Notes under the pieces: model-generated
Told to the model about the DNA's origin: nothing
Database searches by the model: none
Seen by the model: only the letters and a program-made list of their open reading frames with translations
Assembly (NCBI GenBank): GCA_964187785.1
Contig: OZ076413.1
Location: 50,904,001-50,968,000, forward strand
DNA from: Amphiscolops sp. MND2022
Lineage: Eukaryota
Length of the DNA: 64,000 nucleotides
Reading direction: 5' to 3'
Translations under genes and position numbers: made by a program
In this document: positions 1 through 12,919 of the stretch, one piece after another
Layout: each line of letters begins with the position of its first letter
Position numbering within the stretch: position 1 is the stretch's first letter

Positions 1-568
1 TCTTTATTGCTTCTGAGGATCTGCCACACACCATACACCCAGAATACAGTTTGTTGCTCACGTCCTCGTACGGCCTTGTGTTCTGTACATGGAACGACGC
101 GTGAAAACCACCCATGGTAGGCTGCATCAAGGGGGTGTCCAAACTTGGCCCTCTCTCATGGTTAGGTGGTGACATAGGCGACTCTGACACTGGTAATAGA
201 GTCTTGCAAATCTCTATTCTTGACTTTCCCAACTTCTTTGGGGGAGCATAACACATCTCCTGGTCAAAGTACTTGTGGTCAAATTTCGGAGTCACGTCTG
301 TTCGGATCTGGGAAGAACTGGGGCCAGCTTCTGGTTCGTCTTCTGAAGGTTCCTCCATAGTCATTATGCGGCCCCCAATTAGCATGGGGCTGGAGGTGAC
401 TTCCCTTTCGATTCTTGCAATAAGCTTTTCCGTGTCTGTGGAGCAGTCAGTTTCCCAGTCTGATGACTCTTCCTCACCGCTGGAAATGTATATTACAGAT
501 CTTTCAGAATCATCTGAGTCGTATTCCTCCAGATCGAACAATCTTCTAGCTAAGTTGTATTTGCTCAT
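1..568 (-). CDS. Partial ORF running off the window start; acidic low-complexity N-terminus followed by a CxxC motif; unknown product
   Basis: Hand translation from ATG 568 gives 189 open codons (MSKYNLARRLFDLEEYDSDDSERSVIYISSGEEESSDWETD...LYSGCMVCGRSSEAIK). It is absent from the ORF track because there is no stop in the window. Confidence 0.55.
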   Translation of the reverse strand, partial: MSKYNLARRLFDLEEYDSDDSERSVIYISSGEEESSDWETDCSTDTEKLIARIEREVTSSPMLIGGRIMTMEEPSEDEPEAGPSSSQIRTDVTPKFDHKYFDQEMCYAPPKKLGKSRIEICKTLLPVSESPMSPPNHERGPSLDTPLMQPTMGGFHASFHVQNTRPYEDVSNKLYSGCMVCGRSSEAIK

Positions 569-1473
569 GATTATCTTTTTTGCTATTTTTGAAGCTATTC
601 GTAGTGACTGTATTGAAGGGAAGTTTGTAGTAGAATGAATTTGTCAGTTTTAATAATTTAGCCGAGTCAGGCTATTTCCCGAACTTTCCAGTTCGGCGGG
701 AGAACCTTGGGTTAATCGTCCCGATCCATCGTAAACTTTTCTGAATGGAATTCCATGATTAGTCGGCTCCCTTTGATAACCTGAAGTTTACCCCTCATCA
801 GTGTCATCACTAGAAGAGGTGTGAATGACGCTCGACTTACGAATATCAACTACATCCGTCTCAAGTATGTAATTAACGGGCCGCTTGTAAGCAAGTAGCG
901 GCACGCGTCACCAAATTTTCTCGTAATGGCTTCAGCCAATCAGCGTTAAGCTTCGATAAATTGTAAAATTAAATAATAAAAATGGCGAAAATAATAAATC
1001 CAAATAATCCAAGATGGCGGAAATCCTAACTAAAGGGTAACTAAGGCAACTGAATGAAACGGCGAAATGAAACAGGGTAAACGGCCGTAACTGGCCTCTA
1101 ACTAAACAAGCTGTGAATAAATAACAAAGTTCTTTGTACATTTCGCTGGCAGACTCCATGTACATTTTAAATATGTAAATAATCAAATAATATTAGTCTG
1201 GTAATTTCTCTTCAGCCACGAACTCCAACTTTTCACCTCCTTGATTATTAACATATTCCAATTCCTTTTACTCTCGTGGTTGTTATAATTGTTTTATCCA
1301 TCCGTCCGAGTCTTCGACAACGATATACGATCGCTCCTGCTTTCACTTCCATCAGTGGCCATCTTCCGTCGGATCTTCTCCAACTTCCTCTCAACTTTAG
1401 CCGAGTTCGACCTATTTCCCACGCTTCTATAATTCCGCGTTGGACTGTTGCCGTACAGACATCACCACAAAAC

Positions 1474-4400
1474 ATGTCTTCTAATCCAGGTTGGTCTGAT
1501 TTCCTCATTTTTTGAACAAGTTTGGCTTGATCAGGGCCAAACGTCGTTCACATAACGCTTCCTGTTTCCAACAATTAAACACGTTAAAGCACGCTTCATT
1601 CAATTTTCAAATCACTTCCGGAAGATTTCTAACGCGGTAAAATGGATTCTTTTCAAGGAAGCATACCGCTCAATTTTATCTCTTTCTATTTAGATAATCA
1701 GTCTTCTGAAACTGGGACTACATCAAACCCCTCTAAATTACTTCAGACGGTTCTTGAAGAAGGTGTTGTTCCGAGTGCAACAAGCGTCATCAGACCTGTG
1801 ACTTCCCCTCCAAGCGTTGAAAGTGAGGATGTAAACATCTATGCAGAAGCCAAAGTGCGCGAAATGGAGGCTGAAAGACCTCAGCCACGAGAACAGCCAA
1901 CTTCTATGGATTCTACCATGGCTACGCCCAGTACTGAAACCGTAACTGGAGACCAAGCTTCTCTGTCTTTAGTCCCAGTCCGGTCCAGCACTCCAATACG
2001 GATTGATGCAGCAGGAGCATCACAAGCTAGCCTAAATGCTTTGGAGTCAGGGTTAAGGGTTGTCACTAATCCCGAATCCCAGTTACCTGAGCTTCTTCCT
2101 GCCGTCCAAGCTGAGGCTGCCGTTTTGACGAATAGAGAGTTGGTTGACGATGAAGATTGTGAGTCTTCCATATATGAGGCTCCCATGTTGCCTACACACG
2201 AGCACAAGGTGCGATTCCTGGCCGATTTCAGTGAGGGAGAGAAGACAGCCGAGGAGACAAGCAGTGGCGGTTGCCCTTCTTTATACGGAGGTATCCCTGG
2301 GATGTCCGAATCCGGAACTGAGACTAGTGGCCAACCTGACGTAACCACCTCCAGTCAGCGACAACAGCCTGAGATGGTTGCATAACCTCTCGAGGTCTCG
2401 ATCCACAGCTCCCTGAATTTTCTGGTCGAGCACGGGCTATTTTGAAAACATATTTCGATGAGACAAATGCCTTCCGGATCCCACCAGGACAAACAGCAGT
2501 TACCTTCACGGAGTCCCAAGTGTACCATCTATTGCGTGTCTTGACCGATGAAACACTCCGAATGTCTCATAGCACAATGGAACGGATGATTTTGGACGCT
2601 GTCCGAGGTAGGCCAACGATTGCTCCCTCGCGAACCAGCCACTTTAAGTCACGAGCGCAGACTCCCTTTAGGTGTGTAGACAGTGACTCGAGTGAAGCCG
2701 CTGAGCATGATGGCTCATTTCATCCAGAGTCATGGAGATATTGCAATCCTCCGAAGTATGTGGGCTAAAATCAGTTCATTCACCGATCACCAAGCTTCCC
2801 TCTGTGACTTTGACTGGGGAGAAGATAGAATGACTGTAAGTATCTTTTGCTTTCCTCTTCCTCGAGTTTATCTCCCTTCTCTAAGTGGTTATGCTCTTGG
2901 TTTTTCATCTAGGCCATATTCCAACATCTCTTCAACTGTGCTATGAGCGACATTGCTGATCAGATTTCTACCCTGCAGTGCTTTGCTTTGGAATTCGAGG
3001 ACCAGGAACCTAACCGTTTCATGTCGGTGAGATTCTGGAAAGGCCAGTACCTATGCAAAGTCATCGTCTGTCGCAGTGGTCTACCCACCACTAATCTCAC
3101 TGGGGAACTGGGCTCCTTGGCGCGCCTGTTATCGTCCATATCTACAAAAGCAGATATAGTGGCTTGTTCTGGATGCCCGTCTGAGCTAATCCTGACCATT
3201 GACGAGGTCCCTACTTCCGTACGATCTGTCCAGAGTTGCTTCAGGTTCTCTCAGCTCAATTTGTCGAAACTAATGCACAAAAGCAGCTACAGTGTCTTCG
3301 GGCACACAGACTTCTTTTCGGTACTCCGTGGCCTGGTCATTTCCTTGGGTGGATCAGCAAATGAGGACTGGGTACAGCGTAGCCCTGTTCTAGCTAAAGT
3401 AAGTAATTACCATTGTCTAGGTATCTGGCGGGTTTATATCAGTCAAAGTTTTCAAGCCTTGTCATTTGATCGTTCCGTGTTTCTTTTAGGCGATTTCTAA
3501 GAGTGATCCGGAGCTCTCCACGCTGCCTATCTTGTGTCAGGAATTAATGGACGAGTGGAAGTCTGTGGTTTCCTTCCTCACTTTGCACTCTGCCAAGCAA
3601 CAGGGCCAGGGAGTCAGGACAAGAGTAAGTAATCCCATCTCGGTCCAGTTCCTTTCGTCAAAAAGGGGAAAATACCATAGATCCATCAATACTCCTATTT
3701 GTTCCAGGTCCAAAGTTTTGAGTGGTCGCTCACCTGCGATGAGTTTTTCCCCGTGAAGCTCGAATTCTTCTATCACCTCATCAGTGATTGTTAGTATATT
3801 AGGATAAGCCAGGTTATTCCTTTCGAACTGATAAGCATTAATGTCCTGTGTTTATATAACTCTAGCTTCACCACTAACTTGCAGAAGAGGAGAGATTCGT
3901 CCTTCTATCTTTGCGGGGAAGTCGCCCGTTATATCTACAAACTCTGCTTTCGTTGTTACACTTCGGATACCATCCCCCTTGAAAATTCATGGTTTCTACT
4001 TTTGAATTTCCAAACCAGCGAAGGGACATTTTTACCAGCTGACGAATTCCTCACTAGGCTGAATATGAAAAACAAGGTCACCAAGGCCAGTAAACAGAGA
4101 TCCGAGGGCGTGCTTACTGGTAAGAAGGCTGACAAAAGCACTGTCCAGAAGACTGCTGTGTCCGTCAAAAATAACTTTGTCCAAGACTGCCAGAGTTATC
4201 TTCAATTCCTGATTGGGGGTATCCTTCGCCAAGCTGGTCTCTGCTCCAATCTTATCAGGGGTCTTGCCGCTTTCGATCCATGCATAATGGTGAAAAGGCC
4301 CACCGAGGTGGCGCTCCGTCACTTCGACCTGTTATACCGGACCTTCCAGCTGAAGTCTTGGGTCAGTTCTGCTAATGAATCAGCCTGCCGAGGCGAGTAT

Positions 4401-5016
4401 GTGGAGCTATTGGACCAACTTAAAGCTTCTTCTTTGCCCTCATTTGACGTCAGTCAGGGGTCCCCAGACCTCATCGACTTCCTTGATAACCTTGACTTCA
4501 TGCAAGAGCATAGCCACCTAATGTACTTGTTCAAACTGAGCTGTTTGTGCATTACCTCTGAGAGCCCTCAATACCCTGCTGTGAGTATCGGACCTATTAG
4601 AACTTCGAATTGCCAAAATCGGCTCGTGGACGTGGTTTTGCCTGCCCAGATTTATCTGTCTGGGGTTCCAGATTCCACTGCCTTCTGTACTAATGACTCC
4701 AGTTTGGCCAAATTCTCTCTTTTTCTGCTTCTTTCAGTCAGTCTGCCTCATCTGCTTATTATGATCCTTGGACTTTTGTTGACGACTTTGGTAGGAACAA
4801 GATTTACAAGACCCTGGTTGCTTCATATCGTTCTGCCCTCTCTGGGGTGGGCGAAGGGACTGGGAGTCTTGATGACACAGGGTCCTACAGTGTCGGGGAA
4901 ATGCCTGCAGTCGCGCCTCCCAGTGACCGTAAGCGGAGACGAATGGAAAAAGTAGTTCGAGGTCTAGGGCTTCCTCTGTCGTAGAAGAATCTCCTGTTGG
5001 CACTTCTAAAGATTAA
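1474..5016 (+). pseudogene. Spliced, frameshifted accessory gene(s) of probable mobile-element origin; 3' part weakly resembles the C-terminal helical region of a hAT-like transposase
   Basis: ORF blocks 1642-2385, 2442-2768, 2943-3500 and 3879-4955 are separated by short GTAAGT...AG intron-like segments (about 2835-2911 and 3399-3489). Frameshifts lie near 2373 and 4720; the corrected frame reads ...YDPWTFVDDFGRNKIYK...RKRRR...SKD* and ends at 5016. The LIRGLAAFDP...DLIDFL...LFKLSCLC pattern was judged by eye only. Confidence 0.4.
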
Positions 5017-5130
5017 ATGTACATATGTATTTATGTACTTTCAAACTGTAATTTTGTTGATTTTCTGTTTTGTTGCCTTTATTTATATACATTTCTTTCT
5101 TTTGATTTCTTCATCCCGTGATATTTTCTT

Positions 5131-6110
5131 TGTAAGGGATCTTTCATACGTCCCATCATTTATTCAAGAGATACTGACTCTCATGGGACTAAAAAAAACA
5201 TAGGCGCAAAGGAATTTGCGCACGGCTTCGAGCGACAGGTCCCGCAGCCATAATTGACTATCATCATGTGCATTTGAACCATATTACCAAGTTATTAGCT
5301 ATGACGAATAGCTAAGGTTATATACGGCACAAGAATGCTCAAAATACAATGAAATTGAAAAGAATTGCGGGTATTAATCCTATGAAGCTTAACTTTTTGG
5401 CCTTTACCACTATATAAAAGGAAGGGCTGCCCTAGTTATCAATAGGACGGTTGATATGTGCCATCACTAGTAAGTATACTTTCAGTTCTAAAACTTAGCT
5501 GAATTGTGCATCAAACAACCTTCCAGCATCAGTGGGCACCGTTGGAAACGTATTCCAGAGGATGAATAACCTGTTAAAATTTGCGAATGGGGCAAAATCA
5601 CGAAGAGATCCGAAATCATTTTTGTTTTCAATACAACGTAGTTGAATATCATTGCACAGCGAAGTGTGAATATAACTTAGTGTTGTCTTGATTTAATCGT
5701 TGCATATGACATCAAATCTCTCAGGAATATTGCGGTAATGCATAATACCTTCTGTGCAGATATTCACTGGATAGAATACGTTAAGAATGGAAATTTCGCG
5801 GTTTTACGCTTCAAACAACCACATCATCAATAACTAATCAATCCACAAAAAAATAGGAATTTCAATAACCGATTTAACATTTGAATAAGAGATAATCTAA
5901 TAACAGTCGAAGCAAATGCTAATTTTGGACGTTACCTCGTAATGTGCTCATAAACCGGTTTTCTCGTTTCACTATTCCTCACAGAATAGTAGGCCCGCAC
6001 CTTTAACGACCTGTGGGTGGTTTTCTCGTTTTACTGATTGCGATCCGAGTATTACTCGAAAAGAATCAGAAGGCCCGCACCACGAACGACCTTTAATGTA
6101 TGAAGTTTAA
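5131..6110. repeat. Possible truncated LTR-like segment
   Basis: Starts TGTAAGGGA, has a TATAAAAG box near 5413 and an imperfect ~60-bp repeat pair (5957-6092). No matching CA end or TSD was found. Confidence 0.2.
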
Positions 6111-6164
6111 TTGTTTGAGAAAAAACCCAAATTTGCGTAGAAAGACGTTCCACAGCGCATTTAT

Positions 6165-7646
6165 CTCGTCTATTCGAGTACTTTCCGCATGCATCTAATT
6201 GCTTCGAGCTTTTCGCCTACAGTCTTAGGACTATATGGTTTGAGCGGAAATGATATGAGATCCCATTGAACCGATAACTAGTAAAAATCGGCTCATAAAC
6301 TATTTCCGGAAGAATTTTCAAATCGCCGTTTTTTCGACGGCAAATTCGCGTATCAATGAATTCTTTTATCCAGGCTAATATCACAGTCAGTCCTGAATGA
6401 CGGTCAGTTCCTACACTGCCGCGGTTCCAAGTGGTTTGATTACAGGAAAGGAGCAAAGTCTGCAAAAAAATAGAAATTTGCGGTTTTCGTATTTCGTTAT
6501 AAATACGCACCGGCCAAAAATTTCTGGAAAAACTGCTAAAGAACAAAATATTGCTGTTTTTGTCTCTGACGAATCGTCTTGAAGCAATCCCTTGTGAGAA
6601 AACGGCCAAAAAATCAAAAATGAACAGAACTATTAACAGAAAAAAGCTTGGAGAAAATTGGGAAAAAACGTAAATTTTCAGAATTTCAATCGCCATTTTC
6701 TCAACCACCAAAAAATGTAGCACATTGAAACTTTAAACATGTGAAAGAAGTCGGATAGGACGTATTTTATGCCGGGTCGACGTTGTTTGTAATGTAGAAA
6801 CGAGCAAAATTAGTGAAAGCTCCAAAATTTTCGAAAAAAATTATGTTCCAGAAAAATTTTCGATATTGAATCGCTATTTTCGCACTGCCCGAAAATCCAA
6901 CAACATTTAAATCTTCACCAACAAATTCAGTTCCAACAATTTGTTGAGTTTTTGGATGGTCTCGAAGTATTAGGCTCCGAGAAAATAGGCCAAAACTTTT
7001 ACAAAATTGAATAAAGAGAGCAATTTATCAAAAATTCAAAAAATTTGAAAACTTTTTTGTCTCTATCTGTCCGACGTAAACGTTGTGACTTTCCAATTTC
7101 TAACTTTGGGCAGCTAAGCAGACCTGTTATCGAGTAGAAACACCACTGCTTGGATTAGAACTGATTGGTACTTGAAAAAAGGTTGAGAATTTTTTTACGC
7201 AAAAAAACCGAAAATTTTTCCTATTTTCAATGGTCATTTTCGCAAAGCCCATTAATTCTAGGATAAAAAAACTTTCACCAAATTAAAGAAAACATCGTTT
7301 TACGTCGGTTAGTACCTACATCGGGCCAATTCGCTGTGGTTTGCGAAAAGAAAAATAGCAAAATCGACAAAAACCCTAAAAATTTTCGAAAATTTCGCGC
7401 TTTCGAAGCTAATAAAATCGCGCCGGTGAGAAATTTTCGGAAAGTTTTTACACGGTTAGAAAGAGCATCAAGTTTCGTTTCTTTTTGGAAAGTTTGGATG
7501 GTCGCGGAAAAATAGGCTCTGAGAAAATAGCCTTCAATTAATACAAATGCAGAGGGTATGTCACGCGAAAAAAAAACCAAAACGCTAGTAAACGCGGAAC
7601 AATAGAGACTTCGTCGCTTCGCTTCGCTCGCTCGAAGCCTCAATAA
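6165..7646 (-). mobile_element. Helentron-associated non-autonomous element (HINE-like)
   Basis: The minus strand begins TTATTGAGGCTTCGAGCGAGCGAAGCGAAGCGACGAAGTCTC, a 5' palindrome. The subterminal inverted repeat is GCTTCGAGC (6201-6209) versus GCTCGAAGC (7630-7638). The interior is A/T-tract rich and non-coding. The left boundary is approximate. Confidence 0.5.
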
Positions 7647-7699
7647 AAGAAAAGATAATCCAATTCAGGGCTCATCTCCTGAACTGAATTCAGTCCTTC

Positions 7700-10600
7700 T
7701 TAGTATCTGAAGTCTTTTGAGTAGTTTGGGTTAGGGTTAGGTCTGAGGTTATATTTCCCTCCTCTGGGGCTCAGGCTTTCATTTCTAGCATCGTTTTCAG
7801 ATATTTCGGGCACGATAATATCATCCCCCCTATTTGGAGAATCTTGTGTATCGTTTTCATTATTCGTCAAGTTTCTTTCTGAAAATTTTTCATCGTTTTC
7901 CGTCTATCTGCCGTATTCGGCAATGATTTTTCTTGGTTTTTTTGGGAAACGGCCGGATTCGGCCAATCAGATTCTTCATTTTCGGTGACTGCAGTAGATT
8001 CATCTCTTTTAGTGACGTCATCAGTTAATCGTTCATTCCGGCTATGCGTCGTACGGTCCGCGTGGTTTGATTCTTCTTCTTCCCGCGTAATTATGTAATC
8101 CGCTTCATTCTCGGTTACGTCATTTGTGTTCGTGTCTGTCGCATCCGGCCGTTCGCCATTCGGCATGCTGGTCGGAATAGTTTCGTTGCCTCGTGTAACT
8201 AGTTGCTCGCCAAAGTCGGTTTCCCACGATATGACGTATAAATCATCTTGTGGAATGACAATTTCTTCATCTGTCTGCAACTGTTGTTCTCGGAAATTGT
8301 CATCAAGCGGTTGATTGGGGACAAACTTCTTAAGACGAATGCGATGCAAAATTTGAGTTTTGTTCGTATTGATCCGTCGTACTATATAGTTTTCATTTGG
8401 CAATACTTTTTGGACTACAAATGGTCCAACCCAACGGTAATCGCGGAATGGAATTTTTGATCCTTGATTGTCCGCTTTCGGCTGTAAGACAAAACAGTAT
8501 TCGTTCTCCTTTAGTGGAGCGGCTTTTGCTTTGCGGTCGTATTATTCTTTGTACTTGATATACGACTGCATAATGTTCTGCTTCGTTTTGTTAATCAGGA
8601 TTTTTGTCCGGTTTTGGATTTCTTCAGCAAATACGGTTGTGGGGTTAATTTGCTCGTTTCGATTATTTCCAAGCTTGTGATCCAAAACATTAAATGGAAT
8701 ACTTCCATGAAATATTCTCGTTGGCTCACAACCGATGCTGGCGTGATAACTAGTATTATGATTCAGTACTGCTAATGGCAAGTATTTGTGCCATTGTCGG
8801 CGATATTCTCCACATGCCATTTTGAGATTTGTTTTCAATGAGGCATGAGTACGCTACAATTTCCCAATTGTCTGCGGGTGTTTCGTCGTTGCACATTTGA
8901 GTGTGATGCCCAAAATCTGCGTAACCTCCGCAATAATTGTAGAAGTAAATGCAGTACCTTTATCAGTGATAAGGGTCGTTGGTAGATATGAGTGTTTAGT
9001 CATAATAACAATGAGCGCTTTTACTACATTGATCGCTGATGCGTCCGTAAGGGGATATGCGAACAAATATCTGGAGAATACATCAATTGCCTTTAGGACG
9101 TTTTCATATCCTCCACTTGGGGGAAGGTTCGGCAATAGGTCGATTTGCATGGCGTCTTCAGGTCCAAGGTCCCATTCGGGCAAGTTGAGCAGTTCAGGTG
9201 TGATCGTTGCGTTAGGGACTCTTTTGTCTCTGGCACATTGTTCGCACCCTTCTACCCACTTTTTGACGTGTTTAGCCATGCTAGGGTAGTAATACCTCTG
9301 TCTAATTTCCTGCAACATTTTTGAAATCCCAGGGTGTTTATGCGCTGTCCCGTGAAGAGATTGGAGCAATTCCTGGAGCAAATGTTGCGGGAGTAAAATT
9401 TGATGGTATTTAACATTCCCTGTTTCATCGAAATATTGCCTTGTCAGGATTTCGTCCTTTAGTACAATTCGTTCCAGATTGTTTGCGTAATGTCTATATC
9501 GGGCATCCTGGTGCAGTAGATTTTCTGAATACTCTTCATGAAGCAGTTTGGCTTTCAACTGTTGTAGTACCGCATCTTTGGATTGCTCGATAATGATCTG
9601 GTTCGTTCTTTTCAATCGGACCTGTATATCGGGGTGTTGCTTGAACAGATTTGTTGACAGAGTTTGTATAGTAACAGTGGGCTCATCAGTTGCTGGATTT
9701 TTCCTGATTGCTTCTTTTCTTGCCCACAACTGTTCTTCTGTCTCATCGTCGTCATTGGTGTAGAAGATTTGTTCTTCTTGGGACACCCCTGCGGATTGGA
9801 CATTGATTTCGATTGGTAGTGTTTGTACATCTTCGCGAATTTTCATCACCAATTTGTCCTTCGGGTCTGCTTCCAGTCGGGACAAATAGACGGCAGCTGT
9901 ATTTTGTGCCCCTGGGATGTGTGCTATGACAAAATCGAACTGAATGACATAATCACACGCGTTCCACAGGGCTGGGGGTATTATTTTTGTTTGAAAAAAT
10001 CTCGTGACAGCTTTGTTGTCTGTAAGGATGATGACCGGTTTCGGCGCACCCCAGAAGATACGTCTGAATTCTTTGAATGCAAAATAAATTGCAAGGAATT
10101 CCTTGGCATAAATTGACATTTTGATCTGTGCTGGGGTGAAAGTTTTTGATCCATAAGCGACTGGTGCATACGATTTTCTGAGTGACGTAAATTTCTGGCT
10201 TGGGTCGTCTTCGATTAGGACCGCGTACCCGGCTGCACCAAAACTTGCATCAGTCATTAGTGCTATTTGCTTGTTCGGAATGGGTTGCTGTAGGGCCAAG
10301 TCGCAACATTTGTCTAGTGCTCTATTGATTTCTTCGAATTGTTGGACTAATTCTTTCGATACTAGGACCTTTTCGTCACTTTTGAGCATCTTGTAGAATG
10401 GAGCAAGGCGTTCGGAGAGTCTTGGGACATAATTCCTGTAGTAGTTTAGGAATCCCAAATAGCGCTGAAAAGCCTTTTTCGACTTCGGGAATTTAGTCTT
10501 TTCCAGAAAGTTGTGCACATTCTGTTTCTGGGGTTTGACGCCTTGTGGGGTAATAGTCCGTCCGAGAAAATCAATTTCTTTTGCACCGAAGTGACATTTG

Positions 10601-12913
10601 TGCATTGTTAACTTAAGGCCTGCTTCCTGAATGCATTTGAACGTAGCTCTCAGGTTCATCATGAGGTGGTCAACATCATTGGCTGCGATGCCGATATCGT
10701 CCACATACTGGGCACACTGATCCGCTTTAATGACTTTGTCAAGGTATTCTCTCATAAAACTCGAGAATGCGGATAGTGACCGACTAAGGCCTTGTGCCAA
10801 TCGTCTGTAAGCGAATGTGCGACTTCCAAAATTGAAAGCCAACATTTCGATTGAACGTTGGTCAGCCATTGGTAGGCAGTGGTATGCCTGCGAGCAGTCT
10901 AATTTACAGAACAGTTTTTGCCTGCCAAGTGTTGGGCAGCATCAACTAGTTTACTGACGGGGTGATTATTGTTGATATAACCATCCGAGATGAGGTTGTT
11001 GATTTTTCTCAAGTCAACCAAGAGTCAGAGTTTCCCATTCGGCTTCTTTTGTGCGAATATTGGACTTGCATATTTCGAGAATGGCAGTGTGGTTGTTATG
11101 CCATATTTGTGTAACATGGCTAATTCAACTAGGATGTCCTCCTTCAAGTTGATAGGAGCTGGAAGGCTTTGACTATAGGCTGGGGAATTGTCATTAGGCG
11201 TCAGTTTCACCTTGAATTCCTCGTTCATGCCTATATCAAATCGGTGTCGTGCAAAGATGTCATGGAATTCCACTAACAATTCCTCAATTTTCTCCTTCTC
11301 TTCAGGAGTAAGGGTGGAATCTTTCCAGTCAAAGTTTTCTAAAAATTTTGCACGCTATTCTGCATCTGTAGTGGGGTCGAGTGTCTCCAGGTCCTGTAGG
11401 GCCTGTAACTCGCGTAGGATTCGTTTTTGTATAGGTGTGTGTTCCTCAGGATTTCCAGGATTTTCTGGAGTTGGGAACCAATAATTTTCAGAGTTTTGCG
11501 GATTTCTATTGGTCTTGATGAGACTGCTGACGCAATGGGCTGCTTGCTCCTGGTCATTCTGCAACAGGTGCCAGGTTGGTGCCGGATCTACCGGTTTGAC
11601 ATACTTCTTCTGTTCTGGCGTCATGACTGAGAAATTGGCAATATGAAGTCCCTTTTTGAGTTTATAAGGGTGGTCTGTGAAATTGTTCACTGGTATCAAT
11701 ATATTGCCGTCATTCAGAGTGACCAAATCTGGGCAAAATGTGATGTCGCCTTCTTCGTGTAGAAGGTCGCTCGGTTGCAAAATTCCAGTGACAGCATTCT
11801 CGGAGAGAGTAGGGAATTGGTCCTAATTAGGACTTTATCATTTGGTGGAATAGTTATCTCAATAGGGTTGAGAATTGGTTTCAATACATTTGAATATTTA
11901 TGGTCAGCCGTTTTGAGCTGCATCGAAAAGAACGGGAAATTCAGTATCCCTTGTCTCATGTCCAGAACTGTATGGTTTCTTTGAAGGAACATTAGTCCAA
12001 TGATCGGACCTGTCAGATGTTCCATCACTATGAAGATTTCATGGAACTCAATGTCACGAACTTCGAATTTGAGCTCTATGGTACTCTTAGGAGTTTCCAG
12101 TTGCCCATTAGCGACCATGATTTGGAAGTTCGGAGGCGGACCTTCCCGTATAACGGATTGTGGAGATAAAAGTCGAATTTTCCGGAGGTCCATTTCAGGA
12201 ATTGCACTGGACAGCGCTCCAGTGTCAATGAGTCCGTCAATGGTCAATTCCCCAAAGTCCATTGGGAAATACAACATGCGTTTTTTGCATTTGAGGTTGA
12301 TGTTGGTTGACAGGGGTATACAGTCTGGTTCACCGTCTCTAGTGATTAAGACATTTTGGAACTGTTTCTCGTCTAGCAATGATTGTGGTATGGGTTCAGC
12401 ATTGCTGTCATGGGTCTCGGTCCCCAATGGGTTTGGGAACACTGGATGGTTTGTGTCATCATTCATTTGCCAGTTTTCAATTAGCGCTCTTGTTTTCTTG
12501 TTATGGGTAATTGGAGGGTTCTAGTCGACTGTTCTATTATAGTGTTCAATATCGTCCAGCACATATTGAAATTGTAGTGAATCTTGGTTGTAAAGCTCGG
12601 TGTCCCAGTAGGGATCTCTGTTGTAGTCTGGATCGATGTATGTTGGATTGTAATCATCGATCAGGGGAATGGGCCTGAACCGGGTAGTGAAGGTGGTGGT
12701 GTAATCAGGGTCCCAAACAGGAATTGGTTTCTGGAACAAATGGGTGTTATTGAAGGTGATGATGGTAGCTTTTTCCATCTGCTGCTGCCAGACAACAGAG
12801 GGATAGCCCATCAATTGCTGATTGTATTGATGGAACGTCTGCATTGGAGGGTCCGATCTGATGTATTGTCGGACAGATATTAATTCGTTATATTGGAGTC
12901 GTGGCGAAGTTAG
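7700..12913 (-). pseudogene. pol: Gypsy pol: aspartic protease, possible dUTPase-like spacer, RT, RNase H, integrase
   Basis: LIDTGA protease (ORF 11714-12466); YVDD, TDAS and TDNKA (RT and RNase H); HHCC zinc finger and IDLL/TDKG integrase core (ORF 8854-10869); C-terminus YNLRPNPNPNYSKDFRY* ending at 7700. In-frame stops at 12521, 11355 and 8854, plus frameshifts. Confidence 0.95.
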
Positions 12914-12919
12914 TTTTTT
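12913..12919 (-). promoter_or_regulatory. -1 ribosomal frameshift slippery heptamer A_AAA_AAC
   Basis: gag ends TCA AAA AAC TAA, and the -1 frame is open into pol ORF 12521-12844. Confidence 0.8.

Noticed and set aside
273..638. Plus-strand 121-aa Ser-rich ORF
   Set aside because: Antisense shadow of the minus-strand ORF at 1-568.
6217..7643. Phe/Lys-rich ORFs here and in the other HINE copies
   Set aside because: Products of A/T tracts in non-coding repeats, with no domain signal.
7728..7741. GGGTTAGGGTTAGG telomere-like repeat
   Set aside because: It is the antisense of the PNPNP codons in the integrase C-terminus.
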